Virus record (IMG/VR): IMGVR_UViG_3300020441_000003 | Coordinates: 1-64,000 of that record | Direction: 5' to 3' (one strand) | Origin: a virus | Taxonomy: Duplodnaviria > Caudoviricetes | Length of the DNA: 64,000 nucleotides | Part shown: piece by piece, positions 8,456 through 18,212 of the stretch | Layout: the number at the start of each line of letters is the position of its first letter | How positions within the stretch are numbered: position 1 is the stretch's first letter | The notes under the pieces: model-generated | What the model saw: only the letters and a program-made list of their open reading frames with translations | Databases searched by the model: none | What the model was told of the DNA's origin: nothing | Program-made: the position numbers and the translations under genes

Positions 8456-10169
8456 CCGTTGCTATTCTACTAAAGTTCTTATATTTCTCAAATCTGATTA
8501 CTTCTTCAAACTTATCATATAGTTGGTCGCCCTTATGTGATATGATAAATGCATTTGTTTTTTCATTTAATGTATTTAACAGTTTTAAGAAATCATCTGT
8601 CCCTTGTGAATCTAAAGAACTATCAAACACTTCATCAAGTATAAGTATATTAGTATTAACTGAGTTCTTTAATCTTGCGACTGATCTCCATGTAAATAGT
8701 AATGCAAGGTCAATTCTCATTTTCTCACCTTGTGAAAAGTTATCATACTTAAATACATCTCTAAATCTAGACTTGATTGTTTCTTCAAATGCCTCATTCA
8801 ATTCAAACCCAACATAGAATTCTAAATTAGCAAGATACTTATTAATCATTTTATTCATGATAGGCACATACTGTTTTATAATTCTTTGTCTTACTCCTTG
8901 ATCTCGTAATAACATTGTTGCGAGTTCAAAGTAATGTTGTCTTTCAGTTTGTGTTTCTTGTTTCTTTTCTAGAATATCTAAATCAGTTTCAGAAGTGGTT
9001 AATCTATCATGCACATCACTGTCGCCTACTATTTCATTCTGTAAGTCTTCTATCTCACCTTGTAGTTTTTTAATATACTTTTGATTAGATACTATTTCTG
9101 TTTGTGCAAGACCTATTTCTCTTTGTATTTCATCTATTTCAGATTGAATAACATTTATTCTTTGTATTTCATCATGACATTCATTGATTGTTTTATCTAT
9201 ATCACTAAGAGCCTGAGTGATCTCATCTGCTTTATCTTCTCGTTCTTTAATACATTTTTCTTTATGGTCATGGTCTAAACCTTGTTTACAGACTGGACAA
9301 TCATCATTCTCTTCATAAAATTTAACATCTGCAATTGCTTTCTTTCTAGCATTTTCTAATTGTTTTTCTAAGTCTGTGGCTTGTTTAAGTCTACTCTCTG
9401 TAGTGTCTCTACTCTTAATAGATTGTTTTCTTTTATCAACATCTTGCGTTTTTTCATCAACTTGTCCTAATATTTTATTAATATTATCTTGTGTTTCATT
9501 TACAGTTGATTCATACTTTTTAATTTTCGCCTCACGATTTTTTTGTAATGCATCTACTTGGTCATTTAAACCACTAATTCTTTCATGCAACAAATCTATT
9601 TCATGAGATGTTTCTTTTACTTCTAGATTGTGTTGTGATACTTTCTTCTTTAACATATCTTGCATTGTAGAAAATATAGATATGTCTAATAAATCTTCTA
9701 CTAACTTTCTTCTATCTACAGCTCTTAGTTGCATAAAAGGTGTAAAGTTTGCGGAACCTAAGATTGCAACCTGAGTAAAAGAACGATAACTCATTTTAAG
9801 TATATTCTTTTCTAGATGTTCTTGATAGTCTTTCATAGTCGCATCTTGATTTACCATTTTGCCACCTGAATAGAGTTCAAACTTATTTGGTCTGGCGCCA
9901 CGAACAACCTTGTATTCTCTTTTGCCAATAGAAAACTCTACTTCGACTACTAATTCTTTTTGATTGATTGAGTTTATCAACAGGTCTTTTTTAAGATTTC
10001 GAAAACCTTTACCATACAAACCAAAACAAAGTGCATCAAGTAATGTTGATTTACCTGCACCATTATCACCAACTATTAGTGTTGTGTTTGATCTATCTAA
10101 TTCAAATGTGGTAAAACGATTACCACTAGACAATAGGTTCTTATAACGAACCTTTTTAAAGTGTATCAT
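8451..10169 (-). CDS. gp46: Recombination endonuclease ATPase subunit (SbcC/Rad50-like)
   Basis: GDNGAGKST, CPVC zinc hook, FSQGE signature, ILDEVFD. Confidence 0.96.
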   Translation of the reverse strand: MIHFKKVRYKNLLSSGNRFTTFELDRSNTTLIVGDNGAGKSTLLDALCFGLYGKGFRNLKKDLLINSINQKELVVEVEFSIGKREYKVVRGARPNKFELYSGGKMVNQDATMKDYQEHLEKNILKMSYRSFTQVAILGSANFTPFMQLRAVDRRKLVEDLLDISIFSTMQDMLKKKVSQHNLEVKETSHEIDLLHERISGLNDQVDALQKNREAKIKKYESTVNETQDNINKILGQVDEKTQDVDKRKQSIKSRDTTESRLKQATDLEKQLENARKKAIADVKFYEENDDCPVCKQGLDHDHKEKCIKEREDKADEITQALSDIDKTINECHDEIQRINVIQSEIDEIQREIGLAQTEIVSNQKYIKKLQGEIEDLQNEIVGDSDVHDRLTTSETDLDILEKKQETQTERQHYFELATMLLRDQGVRQRIIKQYVPIMNKMINKYLANLEFYVGFELNEAFEETIKSRFRDVFKYDNFSQGEKMRIDLALLFTWRSVARLKNSVNTNILILDEVFDSSLDSQGTDDFLKLLNTLNEKTNAFIISHKGDQLYDKFEEVIRFEKYKNFSRIATA

Positions 10170-11233
10170 ATATAATTGTGTTCATCTAATGCTTCATTAT
10201 ATAACGAAGTCATTAAATCTAAAAGTGGTTTTTTCTGACCCTGTATTTCTAAACCGTCTATGTATTTTTCTAATATGGTAAGCGTGTCTTCTACACCCTC
10301 TATATCACTATCGTCCATTAGGTCCATATGTTTATGGTCATCAACGACTGATACATGAAGTGGACTTGCCTCGTGTAATTTGTCTAACATACTATCAAAC
10401 CAGTATGGATTATCTTTGTTGACTACTATAACCTTTGTAAACTTACCTCTATATTTTTCATAGTTCATATTTGATATTGTTTCAAATGATTCTTTAGTAT
10501 CATCATAAAATAATTTTTCAAACATAGTAATAGGATTATGAATAGGTTTCATCTCTCTAGTATCTGTATCAAAGATATGAAAATACTTTTCATCGCCATA
10601 ATCTGACCATGTAAATTGCATTTGAGAACCTAGATATTTTATATTTGCAAACTCTGATTTTTGATGAAAATGACCACTATATACTTTATCAAACCTTTTC
10701 ACATAACTATGGTCTAAACCGTGTTGACATGTCATACCTGGCATCATCAATGCGCCCTCAAATTCAAAGTGACCCATACATGTATCTGCACTCGCAGTGG
10801 TTAAAAACTCTACTGAATCTGCATAGTTTTCAGGATTAATCCAAGGCACAAGTGCAATATTAACACCGTCAAATTCTTTTACAATAGGTTCTTGAATGAT
10901 GTTTATATTATCACTTTCGAATAATAATAACTCAGGTGCATTAACATCATTTGTGTTCTTATAATAGACATCATGATTACCAATAATCAAGTCCATTGTA
11001 ATACCTCTTTCTAATAAAGGTTCTATAAAGTGTTGTTTATCTGCCTTTAATGTAGAAAAGTTTATATACTTTCTTCTATCAAAGTAATCACCTAAGTGTA
11101 AGATATGTTTTATATTATGTTCATCTAGATATGGGAAGAAGACTTCTTCATAGAAACGACCTGCATACTTGGACATTTCTAACATATCGCCACGAACACC
11201 AGCGTGTGTGTCGTTAAGAATTGCTATTTTCAT
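10166..11233 (-). CDS. gp47: Recombination endonuclease nuclease subunit (SbcD/Mre11-like)
   Basis: DTH, GDYFD, GNHD, GHFH phosphoesterase motifs. Confidence 0.96.
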   Translation of the reverse strand: MKIAILNDTHAGVRGDMLEMSKYAGRFYEEVFFPYLDEHNIKHILHLGDYFDRRKYINFSTLKADKQHFIEPLLERGITMDLIIGNHDVYYKNTNDVNAPELLLFESDNINIIQEPIVKEFDGVNIALVPWINPENYADSVEFLTTASADTCMGHFEFEGALMMPGMTCQHGLDHSYVKRFDKVYSGHFHQKSEFANIKYLGSQMQFTWSDYGDEKYFHIFDTDTREMKPIHNPITMFEKLFYDDTKESFETISNMNYEKYRGKFTKVIVVNKDNPYWFDSMLDKLHEASPLHVSVVDDHKHMDLMDDSDIEGVEDTLTILEKYIDGLEIQGQKKPLLDLMTSLYNEALDEHNYI

Positions 11234-11772
11234 TTAGTAAATTTGTCTAAACCTTTCTCTTTAGTTGTTTTTGTTCTTTTTGATTTTCTTGGATTATATT
11301 CTACACGATTCATATTATCTTGATGCCATTCGACATTTGAATTAATTAAACCACTTGTATCACCATCGATAGTATCAAATGTATCTTGTGTGACATCAGC
11401 TGTCATTTCTTGTTTAATGAAAACTTGTTTCTTTTCTTTTTGTATTCTTCTAAGAAAAGCGTAATAACAAATCTGTGTGATATATGCAAAGGCGTTGTTT
11501 GATTTTTCTCTATTAAAGTTGCCTATGTATTGAATACAGTTTTCGATTGCATCACATATCATTTCATCTCTATATGTGTAATTAATGAAATTTGGTCGAG
11601 TAGATAGACGAGTTGCGATCTTATAGATACATTCGCCAATATAGTCTGACATTTGTGGTGGCTGTTTGTTTTTTGATTCGGCGAGTTTAACTGCTTCGTT
11701 ATGCTCGGCGACTGCTTGAGTGAACTCTTTGTTGTTTACATAGTGTTCGTTTTGTTTTGCGTTTTTTGCCAT
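11230..11772 (-). CDS. gp55: Late-transcription sigma factor
   Basis: HYVNNKEF, RPNFINYTYRDEMICDAIENC, AFAYITQI, AFLRRIQKEKKQ. Confidence 0.95.
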   Translation of the reverse strand: MAKNAKQNEHYVNNKEFTQAVAEHNEAVKLAESKNKQPPQMSDYIGECIYKIATRLSTRPNFINYTYRDEMICDAIENCIQYIGNFNREKSNNAFAYITQICYYAFLRRIQKEKKQVFIKQEMTADVTQDTFDTIDGDTSGLINSNVEWHQDNMNRVEYNPRKSKRTKTTKEKGLDKFTK

Positions 11773-11781
11773 GATGTAGTT

Positions 11782-11811
11782 ATTATACTAGGTTCCTTTT
11801 ATGATTGTAAG
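11782..11811 (-). promoter_or_regulatory. Sigma70-type promoter upstream of gp55
   Basis: CTTACA-N18-TATAAT. Confidence 0.55.
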
Positions 11812-11886
11812 TGGTTTTTTAGTATTTATTTTTTGAAATTTTTTTTAAAAACCCCTTTTAGAATTGAAGATCGTATGATATCATAA

Positions 11887-12033
11887 CTATGTTGCCAGGG
11901 TCAGGATCAATAATAGGATACTCCCAAAGAATAAAACTCCTAATGATATTGCAATCTTTAGTATATTAAACGGCGTGATTTCGAATGTTTCTTTCTTCCC
12001 TAATCCGAACAGAAGTTTAAAAATTATTCGCAT
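11887..12033 (-). CDS. Small membrane protein (48 aa)
   Basis: Manual translation MRIIFKLLFGLGKKETFEITPFNILKIAISLGVLFFGSILLLILTLAT. Confidence 0.6.
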   Translation of the reverse strand: MRIIFKLLFGLGKKETFEITPFNILKIAISLGVLFFGSILLLILTLAT

Positions 12034-12229
12034 TAAAGGCAAAGATTAAGAACATGAGTCCTAACATAGTTAATTGTATTATTGTAGGGACTACAACAAA
12101 TAGTTTCATAGCGTCAAATTTACCAGTCATAAAAAAATCACCACCATTCTGCCATTGTTTGACTTCATCTGGTGTTGCTTCTCTTGTTTTATTTAGATTC
12201 AATTCCAATTGTTGTTCATAACTCATCAT
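12017..12229 (-). CDS. Small membrane protein (70 aa)
   Basis: C-terminal hydrophobic helix LFVVVPTIIQLTMLGLMFLIFAF. Confidence 0.65.
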   Translation of the reverse strand: MMSYEQQLELNLNKTREATPDEVKQWQNGGDFFMTGKFDAMKLFVVVPTIIQLTMLGLMFLIFAFNANNF

Positions 12230-12344
12230 TAGTTCTCTTCTTTTCTTCTTCTATTAAAAATAATATTTCATGCATAGGGTTTTTAGTCAAATGCAGATAT
12301 GAAACGAATGTTGCGAAAAGTCCTATTATTATATATTGTATCAT
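12216..12344 (-). CDS. Small membrane protein (42 aa)
   Basis: Manual translation MIQYIIIGLFATFVSYLHLTKNPMHEILFLIEEEKKRTNDEL; ATGA overlap with upstream stop. Confidence 0.6.
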   Translation of the reverse strand: MIQYIIIGLFATFVSYLHLTKNPMHEILFLIEEEKKRTNDEL

Positions 12345-12463
12345 TTGTCGTGTTGAATTTGTTGTTGTTTTTCTAACTCTTTGATAGCTCGAAGAGCTCC
12401 ATTAGGATTACTATCCCATACTACGCCTGCCATCAACATATAATATAAAAAATATCTGATCAT
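12341..12463 (-). CDS. Small hydrophobic protein (40 aa)
   Basis: MIRYFLYYMLMAGVVWDSNPNGALRAIKELEKQQQIQHDK; ATGA overlap supports a start at 12463. Confidence 0.6.
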   Translation of the reverse strand: MIRYFLYYMLMAGVVWDSNPNGALRAIKELEKQQQIQHDK

Positions 12464-12537
12464 GATAACATACCTGCTAAGAGAAATAATCCTATTTCCC
12501 ACGGTATGATTATTAATCCTGGTATGATATATTTCAT
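12460..12537 (-). CDS. Micro membrane peptide (25 aa)
   Basis: MKYIIPGLIIIPWEIGLFLLAGMLS; ATGA overlaps at both ends. Confidence 0.55.
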   Translation of the reverse strand: MKYIIPGLIIIPWEIGLFLLAGMLS

Positions 12538-12635
12538 ATTGAAGGACTAACTCCGAGTATTGACAAGCAGAAAATCCCAACTAGACAAGCTAGTTCAAGA
12601 TTATCTCTTAATTGTTCTTTCTGTTTCTGTGACAT
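12534..12635 (-). CDS. Micro membrane peptide (33 aa)
   Basis: MSQKQKEQLRDNLELACLVGIFCLSILGVSPSI; AGGA RBS. Confidence 0.6.
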   Translation of the reverse strand: MSQKQKEQLRDNLELACLVGIFCLSILGVSPSI

Positions 12636-12665
12636 AATTTCCTTTTATGACACATACAATCTCTA

Positions 12666-12830
12666 TCAGATTGATGATAGATACATTACTAGAAATGGTA
12701 ATATGAATGGAAGAGTCAAGTAAGTTATGAACTCTAGGCCTTCTATAAGACTTGATGCAATCGCTGTTTCTATTAGGGTTTCGAATCTCGCCAACATGCT
12801 CCTCGCAACACCTAAAATTGCAGTGGTCAT
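12666..12830 (-). CDS. Small membrane protein (54 aa)
   Basis: MTTAILGVARSMLARFETLIETAIASSLIEGLEFITYLTLPFILPFLVMYLSSI; AGGA RBS. Confidence 0.65.
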   Translation of the reverse strand: MTTAILGVARSMLARFETLIETAIASSLIEGLEFITYLTLPFILPFLVMYLSSI

Positions 12831-12874
12831 GGGTTCCTGTTATATTAAATAATTATATTGTATTATTACTATAA

Positions 12875-12903
12875 ATTATACACTCTTATTTAGTAATTGT
12901 AAA
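12875..12903 (-). promoter_or_regulatory. Sigma70-type promoter for the small-membrane-protein cluster
   Basis: TTTACA-N17-TATAAT with TG extension. Confidence 0.65.
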
Positions 12904-12918
12904 GGCTGAAAACGCCTT

Positions 12919-13431
12919 TTAATGTAATTTATTTTTATCTTTTGGCGGAGATGCCAATTTGAATTCATCATCTTCGTATTCAAACAATTCTTCTTCTATA
13001 ATATCATCGACCATATCTTGATCTAATGGTGTAATATCAGGATTTCTAATGAGTCTATTCAGTGTTCTCTTCATAACATCTGAGTATCTTCTATCGTCAT
13101 CTGTTGCAAGAGGTATAGATTTATTCTCTATCATATCAAACCACCTAGAAGATGCATCGTCATAGTGTTGAACAAACTGTTCATTCATATTATTTCTGTG
13201 CATGATATTATTATTTGGTATTTCAACTTTCATATCACTACTCAATGCAGAATAAGGGTGGAAAGTCGCCTGAGTTCTAGGGGTGCCAGGAATCAAACTG
13301 AGTTGACATATCATTGGCAGTGTAATCTCTACTCTATCACCTAAGTCTCTTGTCATACCTACTATTTCAGTACCAGAATTTAGTTTTATAACTTCGTATT
13401 TTGTTGGTATGATATCTTTTGGTGTTGTCAT
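12919..13431 (-). CDS. Conserved hypothetical protein downstream of uvsW
   Basis: 170-aa ORF with VIKLNSGTEIVG N-terminal pattern; overlaps the uvsW stop. Confidence 0.7.
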   Translation of the reverse strand: MTTPKDIIPTKYEVIKLNSGTEIVGMTRDLGDRVEITLPMICQLSLIPGTPRTQATFHPYSALSSDMKVEIPNNNIMHRNNMNEQFVQHYDDASSRWFDMIENKSIPLATDDDRRYSDVMKRTLNRLIRNPDITPLDQDMVDDIIEEELFEYEDDEFKLASPPKDKNKLH

Positions 13432-14846
13432 TTTAAATCAAATTGTTTAATATTATAAGGAAAATTTTCCTCGTTATAGATATTTATCCTTTCTTTCAAG
13501 TGATTAAGAGTATAGTTTTCACATTGTAAATCATCTGCAATATCAAATAATCTCATGTTATCTTTGCCCTCTGTCTTACGAAGACCACGACCTATAGACT
13601 GTAAGTTTCTTATTCTAGACTTTGAAGGACTTGCAAATACAATGTTATCAATCTTTTTAATATTAACACCAGTTGAAAAGGTTCCGTATGATGCAAGTAT
13701 AGTATCTTCTTTTGCTTGTTCTACAATTTCTCTAACTGATTCTCTGTCTTCTGTATCTGTGCCACCATATACATAATGTAAGTTTCCACCCATATCTGTA
13801 TGTGACATCATACTATGAAGTATAACACCATGTTTTTCTACATACTGAAACAACACTAGTGTATTACCTTTTAAACTCTTAACTAGATTCACAATAAACA
13901 GATTTCTGGCATCATTCATTACCAAATAATCCATTTCTTCTTGATATGTCATTTTCTTTTGTTTATCGTGTTTTAATACTATACAATCTATATCTATATT
14001 TGCAATTGTTCCTTTATCCATTAGTTCTTTCGAAGATACTACTTTCTTTACAGGACCAAATAATCCTTCTAGTTGTAATCTATGACATTCTGAACCATCT
14101 AAAGTTCCTGTGGTTCCTATTCTAATCGCAGTATCTTTCATTTTCTCTAAGATACCTTTTAGTGTTGTCGCTTTAAATAAATGTGCTTCGTCACCAACAA
14201 CCACATCGAATGATTGCATAACATCTTTAGGCGCCTTACTAAAACTTTGCCAAGTTGTAATTGTAATATCTGCATCAAATACAGGTTGACCAGAATATAT
14301 TTTACATACATCTTTATCATAACCATAATCTGCAAAATCTTTTGCCATTTGTTCTACAAGAGATGTAGTAGGAACTATTACTATTGATTTCTTATTATAC
14401 CATCTTAATAACAGATATATTATCAAAGACTTTCCTGATGCTGTTGGTGACAGTAATAACTGTCGACCGTATTTTAAAGTAGACTCAACTGCCTCTAATT
14501 GATAGTCTCTAGGTTCAAAAGGCAGATTGTATTCTTTCATGAAATACTTTTTTAAATCAAATCTAATATCTGTCTTTTCGCCTATGACCTCTTCTATGCC
14601 TTCAAAATCATAACCTCTTTCTCTACAAAAAGTATCTACATAAGGCAAAAGACCAATGTATATTTTATTTGTTTTTATAGAAAATAATCTTACTTTACCA
14701 TCCCAATATCTATTTTTAACAGACGGCATAAACTTTGCATTTGGGACTGTAAATGAAAAGAAGTCGTATAAATCTCTTGCAAGACCATCGTCACAATGAA
14801 CTTGCATGAATACTTCGTTTACTTTACTAACTCTTACACTAGACAT
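13428..14846 (-). CDS. uvsW: UvsW SF2 helicase
   Basis: PRDYQ, SPTASGKS, DEAH, QSIGRGLR. Confidence 0.96.
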   Translation of the reverse strand: MSSVRVSKVNEVFMQVHCDDGLARDLYDFFSFTVPNAKFMPSVKNRYWDGKVRLFSIKTNKIYIGLLPYVDTFCRERGYDFEGIEEVIGEKTDIRFDLKKYFMKEYNLPFEPRDYQLEAVESTLKYGRQLLLSPTASGKSLIIYLLLRWYNKKSIVIVPTTSLVEQMAKDFADYGYDKDVCKIYSGQPVFDADITITTWQSFSKAPKDVMQSFDVVVGDEAHLFKATTLKGILEKMKDTAIRIGTTGTLDGSECHRLQLEGLFGPVKKVVSSKELMDKGTIANIDIDCIVLKHDKQKKMTYQEEMDYLVMNDARNLFIVNLVKSLKGNTLVLFQYVEKHGVILHSMMSHTDMGGNLHYVYGGTDTEDRESVREIVEQAKEDTILASYGTFSTGVNIKKIDNIVFASPSKSRIRNLQSIGRGLRKTEGKDNMRLFDIADDLQCENYTLNHLKERINIYNEENFPYNIKQFDLK

Positions 14847-15516
14847 AAGGATAACCGTGATACCAACTTACTAACGATGTTCTTGTTCCTTTCGTCACTG
14901 GTGCAACTTGGTGATGCACAAAAGAAGGAAAGATAATAAAAGAACCTTTCTCTTTTGCACTAAACGGTGCTGTTTGAATGTATTGATCTACATCTATTGT
15001 TTGTGTGCCTGTTGATTTGAGTTTATCAAATATACCAACAGGTTCTATCCATTGAAAATGACCTCCTTCGTAGTCATCTGGATTTGATAGTTGAATTGTT
15101 GAACTTAACTTTCTCATTCTGCCATTTGGTTGAACTCTATCTGATGCATCTGTATGCCATGTATAGAAATCTCCTGTCACTTCTGCATCTGGTCTATGAT
15201 GATAGATTGTATATTGATGATTCTCAATAAAGTCCCATTGATGATGCCAATTAGCATCTATACATGCCTGTTTAATGCCCTCTGATATCTTATGTTGTAT
15301 ATCATCAGGCATAATTTCATGTTCTATCCATCTTACATCTGATTGTCTTATGAAGTTATCATTCACACCATCTTGTTCTTCTGCATCAAGGTCTTCTTTA
15401 TTATTACCAACTCGACCATCTATCAGTTCTCTTGTTTCTGCAACTTTGTGAATTATATCACATTCATGTTCTGTAAAAAACTTATTATATATTACGCAAT
15501 ATTGAGATAATATCAT
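14839..15516 (-). CDS. 2OG-Fe(II) oxygenase (PKHD-like)
   Basis: WHTD, RKLSSTIQLS, YEGG, FPSFVHHQVAPVTKGTRTSLVSW. Confidence 0.92.
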   Translation of the reverse strand: MILSQYCVIYNKFFTEHECDIIHKVAETRELIDGRVGNNKEDLDAEEQDGVNDNFIRQSDVRWIEHEIMPDDIQHKISEGIKQACIDANWHHQWDFIENHQYTIYHHRPDAEVTGDFYTWHTDASDRVQPNGRMRKLSSTIQLSNPDDYEGGHFQWIEPVGIFDKLKSTGTQTIDVDQYIQTAPFSAKEKGSFIIFPSFVHHQVAPVTKGTRTSLVSWYHGYPYV

Positions 15517-15959
15517 TATTGACCCGCCATAAATTTACGCCATTCTATTGTGTTTTTGATTGTTTGATGTCTCCATGTAATATTGTCCATACATCTTTTG
15601 ACATACTCTACTGTCTCTTGTAAATAATCTATTTGTGCTTTGAGTTTTGTTAAATCTTGGTCTGAGTTATAGAAAACTTCCATATCATTTTTTAATATCT
15701 TTAAACCATCAAATGGGTCATCAGACCAACCTAGTTCTTTAACTCTTGATTCATCCATCTTACCATTAAACCACAACCATTTATCTTTTCTCATCATTTG
15801 ATATTTCATCTGAACACCTTTTAGTTTCAGAATGTTATCAGTTAATAAGTCTGAATATTTTGCGTGTAGTTTTGGAACATCTAGACTAGATTTGTCTAGT
15901 TCTATATCATCTATTTCGCAGTCTTTAGACCACATCGCCTTTATTTCATCCAATGTCAT
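15516..15959 (-). CDS. uvsY: UvsY recombination mediator
   Basis: DCEIDDIELD, PKLHAKY, IKNTIEWRKFMAG. Confidence 0.92.
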   Translation of the reverse strand: MTLDEIKAMWSKDCEIDDIELDKSSLDVPKLHAKYSDLLTDNILKLKGVQMKYQMMRKDKWLWFNGKMDESRVKELGWSDDPFDGLKILKNDMEVFYNSDQDLTKLKAQIDYLQETVEYVKRCMDNITWRHQTIKNTIEWRKFMAGQ

Positions 15960-15984
15960 ACTATAATTATACTATACTTTGTAG

Positions 15985-15992
15985 TATTTATG
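15985..15992 (-). promoter_or_regulatory. T4-type late promoter (uvsY)
   Basis: CATAAATA. Confidence 0.5.
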
Positions 15993-16533
15993 AAGTAGTT
16001 TTTATCTCATAAAATGTAAATCTAAATGATACTGTGCATATCGCTGGTTCTGCATCTGCACCAGATTCTAATTCGATACTGCCTAAAGATATAGGGAATG
16101 CATCATGAAATCTTATGAATCTATTAGGTATATTTTTATTTGTGTTGATTACTAGAGTTATATCTGAATATTGGTTTTGGTCATTGTCTACAGATGCAAG
16201 AATATTTGTTTTACTTTTTGCTGTTTCTGTGTATGTTTCAAAGTTTTTAGAATTACTTATAGGCACTATAGAATCTATCCAATCATATATCTCTTGAAAG
16301 TTTGTTAAATCTTCATCTACAATAAAAGATACTTCTAGTGTATCAAACGATGCCTTATCGCCTGGAAAAAATGCATCAATACCTATACCAGCCGCCTGTT
16401 GTGCCTCAGAAAACTGAACACCAGGTATATTACATGTTCTTACATAATACTCAACAGTAGGCACTTTATCTATTAAAAGTTTAAAGTTATTTCTGTTTAG
16501 TATCGATTTGTTGATGTCTGATTTATATGCCAT
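15988..16533 (-). CDS. gp3: Tail completion / tube terminator
   Basis: Tube-like fold motifs NIPG, PGDK, FIVDEDL, FPISLG; position between uvsY and gp23. Confidence 0.85.
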   Translation of the reverse strand: MAYKSDINKSILNRNNFKLLIDKVPTVEYYVRTCNIPGVQFSEAQQAAGIGIDAFFPGDKASFDTLEVSFIVDEDLTNFQEIYDWIDSIVPISNSKNFETYTETAKSKTNILASVDNDQNQYSDITLVINTNKNIPNRFIRFHDAFPISLGSIELESGADAEPAICTVSFRFTFYEIKTTS

Positions 16534-16538
16534 AATAC

Positions 16539-16546
16539 TATTTATG
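16539..16546 (-). promoter_or_regulatory. T4-type late promoter (gp3)
   Basis: CATAAATA-N5-ATG. Confidence 0.7.
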
Positions 16547-16549
16547 TAA

Positions 16550-16569
16550 ATGGGGTCTTATGACCCCAT
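16550..16569 (-). terminator. Stem-loop after the 16573 gene
   Basis: ATGGGGTC/GACCCCAT 8-bp stem with a short T tract. Confidence 0.6.
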
Positions 16570-16572
16570 AGA

Positions 16573-16791
16573 TTACTTCTCGTTTACAAACTCATTGAGT
16601 TGTCTTGCAACTGAAATAACTTCTTCTGTTGACACGAATTGATCACCATAAGGTTTTCTATCGTTTGGGAAGTTGTTATTGTGTTCTACAATCGCCTCAT
16701 TGTTTCTGTAGATGTTTCCTTCTAACAGACCTTGTGCTTGATTGAGTAAGTCGGCTCGTATTTCAAAGCCTGATTTGGATGTGTTTGACAT
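16573..16791 (-). CDS. Conserved hypothetical protein after gp23
   Basis: MSNTSKSGFEIRADLL...; GGAGG RBS supports a start at 16791. Confidence 0.75.
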   Translation of the reverse strand: MSNTSKSGFEIRADLLNQAQGLLEGNIYRNNEAIVEHNNNFPNDRKPYGDQFVSTEEVISVARQLNEFVNEK

Positions 16792-16838
16792 AATTCCTCC
16801 TGTGTGTATGTGTGTTAATGTCATAGGTATATAGGCAT

Positions 16839-16865
16839 AAAAAAAGGGGTCTTAAAAGACCCCTT
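16839..16865 (-). terminator. Rho-independent terminator after gp23
   Basis: AAGGGGTCTT/AAGACCCCTT stem followed by a T run. Confidence 0.88.
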
Positions 16866-16886
16866 AGAAATTCAATTAACTGAATT

Positions 16887-18191
16887 TTACAGAATGTTGG
16901 ATACTACCATTTTTCTGTAGTATTGGTTACTTCCGTCAGAAGCAAGACCGTTAGCAGGTGTAGCACCTACGAATGGGTTTGAAACCATTCCGTATCTTGT
17001 TTTGAAACCAATTTTTGGTTGGAAAGTATTTTCACCAACTGCACGAACCATTTGTAATGGAACATATGGGCAGTAGAACATACCAGCGTCATAAGGGTTT
17101 GAACCTCTATAACCAACTGTCATGTAATCAGCACCAGCATATGGGTCAACATAAACTTTAATTCTTCCGTTAAGAACACCAGCAAATGTATTGCCTGTGT
17201 CATCAACATTTAAGTTTGTGTTTAATGCAGGTGTGTAGTCTAATACTCCAGCCATTGATAATGCAGAAGCAACATCAGAAGAACATAAGATAAAGTTACC
17301 TTTTCCTCTTCTTGTTTCTTTTGCGATTACATTGGAGTCTCTTTCTATTTGGAATAATAACCCTTTGAATTTTTCAACAGACCATCTTCCGTTTGCATCA
17401 ACATCTAAGTTGAAAGTACCTGCTGAAGCAGTTGCCTGAGCACCTGTTTTAGCTTGGTTGTTTACTTCCCTTACAACTTCTCTGTTAATCTCTGCAAGGA
17501 TTTCAGATGATAAAATGTTTGCTAATTCTGATTCAGCGTCTAGACCGTGGATTGCTTTAAGGTCTTGTGCTAATTCAAGAGTGTATTCTGCTTTTAATGC
17601 TCTGGATACAGCAGTCACAGTTGATTTCTCAATAGTGAATGACATTTGTGCGAAACTATTTGAAGTCGCATCGCCTAATGCCTCAGCTGTTGCTGTGCTC
17701 ATTCCGCTTGAAGTTGCGTTTTCATACGCACTTGAACCTGCGAAAGGATTTCCTTCTGGATCTGAATCAACACCAGCATTATCAGTATCAGCAGCTGCTG
17801 AGAACGCAGTTCTCGGCTCGTTGATACCCATAGCTTCTGATTGTGCTAATCTGTTTCCTGATGGATAATCTTGATATCTTGCTTTCATAGCAAAGATAAG
17901 TCCTGTTGGACCAGTCATTGGTTGAACACCGCAAATGTCGTAAGCAACGAGATTTGGCATAGCTCTTCGAACTAGTGATATTAGGATTGGGTCCCAATTA
18001 CTAATTCCAGTGCCAGTAGCATTTAAAGGTGCGGCCTCTTCAAGAGCTACTCGCTCTTCAGCAAGTGCTTTCTCTTGGTTTTCAAGGATAACCGCTGTGA
18101 CTGCCTTCTTGTAGTTGTCTTCGATCTTAGGAAGATCGGAGTGCTCTAGAATAGGCTCCCACTTGTCGATATAATTTTCTGATAAAAACAT
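16887..18191 (-). CDS. gp23: Major capsid protein
   Basis: LVRRAMPNL, GVQPMTGPTGLIFAMKARY, ELANILSSEILAEINREV, FQPKIGFKTRYG. Confidence 0.98.
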   Translation of the reverse strand: MFLSENYIDKWEPILEHSDLPKIEDNYKKAVTAVILENQEKALAEERVALEEAAPLNATGTGISNWDPILISLVRRAMPNLVAYDICGVQPMTGPTGLIFAMKARYQDYPSGNRLAQSEAMGINEPRTAFSAAADTDNAGVDSDPEGNPFAGSSAYENATSSGMSTATAEALGDATSNSFAQMSFTIEKSTVTAVSRALKAEYTLELAQDLKAIHGLDAESELANILSSEILAEINREVVREVNNQAKTGAQATASAGTFNLDVDANGRWSVEKFKGLLFQIERDSNVIAKETRRGKGNFILCSSDVASALSMAGVLDYTPALNTNLNVDDTGNTFAGVLNGRIKVYVDPYAGADYMTVGYRGSNPYDAGMFYCPYVPLQMVRAVGENTFQPKIGFKTRYGMVSNPFVGATPANGLASDGSNQYYRKMVVSNIL

Positions 18192-18212
18192 TGTTTTTCC
18201 TTTAAATATTAA

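Noticed and set aside
11812-11886. Origin of replication in the A/T-tract region upstream of gp55
   Set aside because: Only homopolymer runs; no iterons or other supporting evidence.
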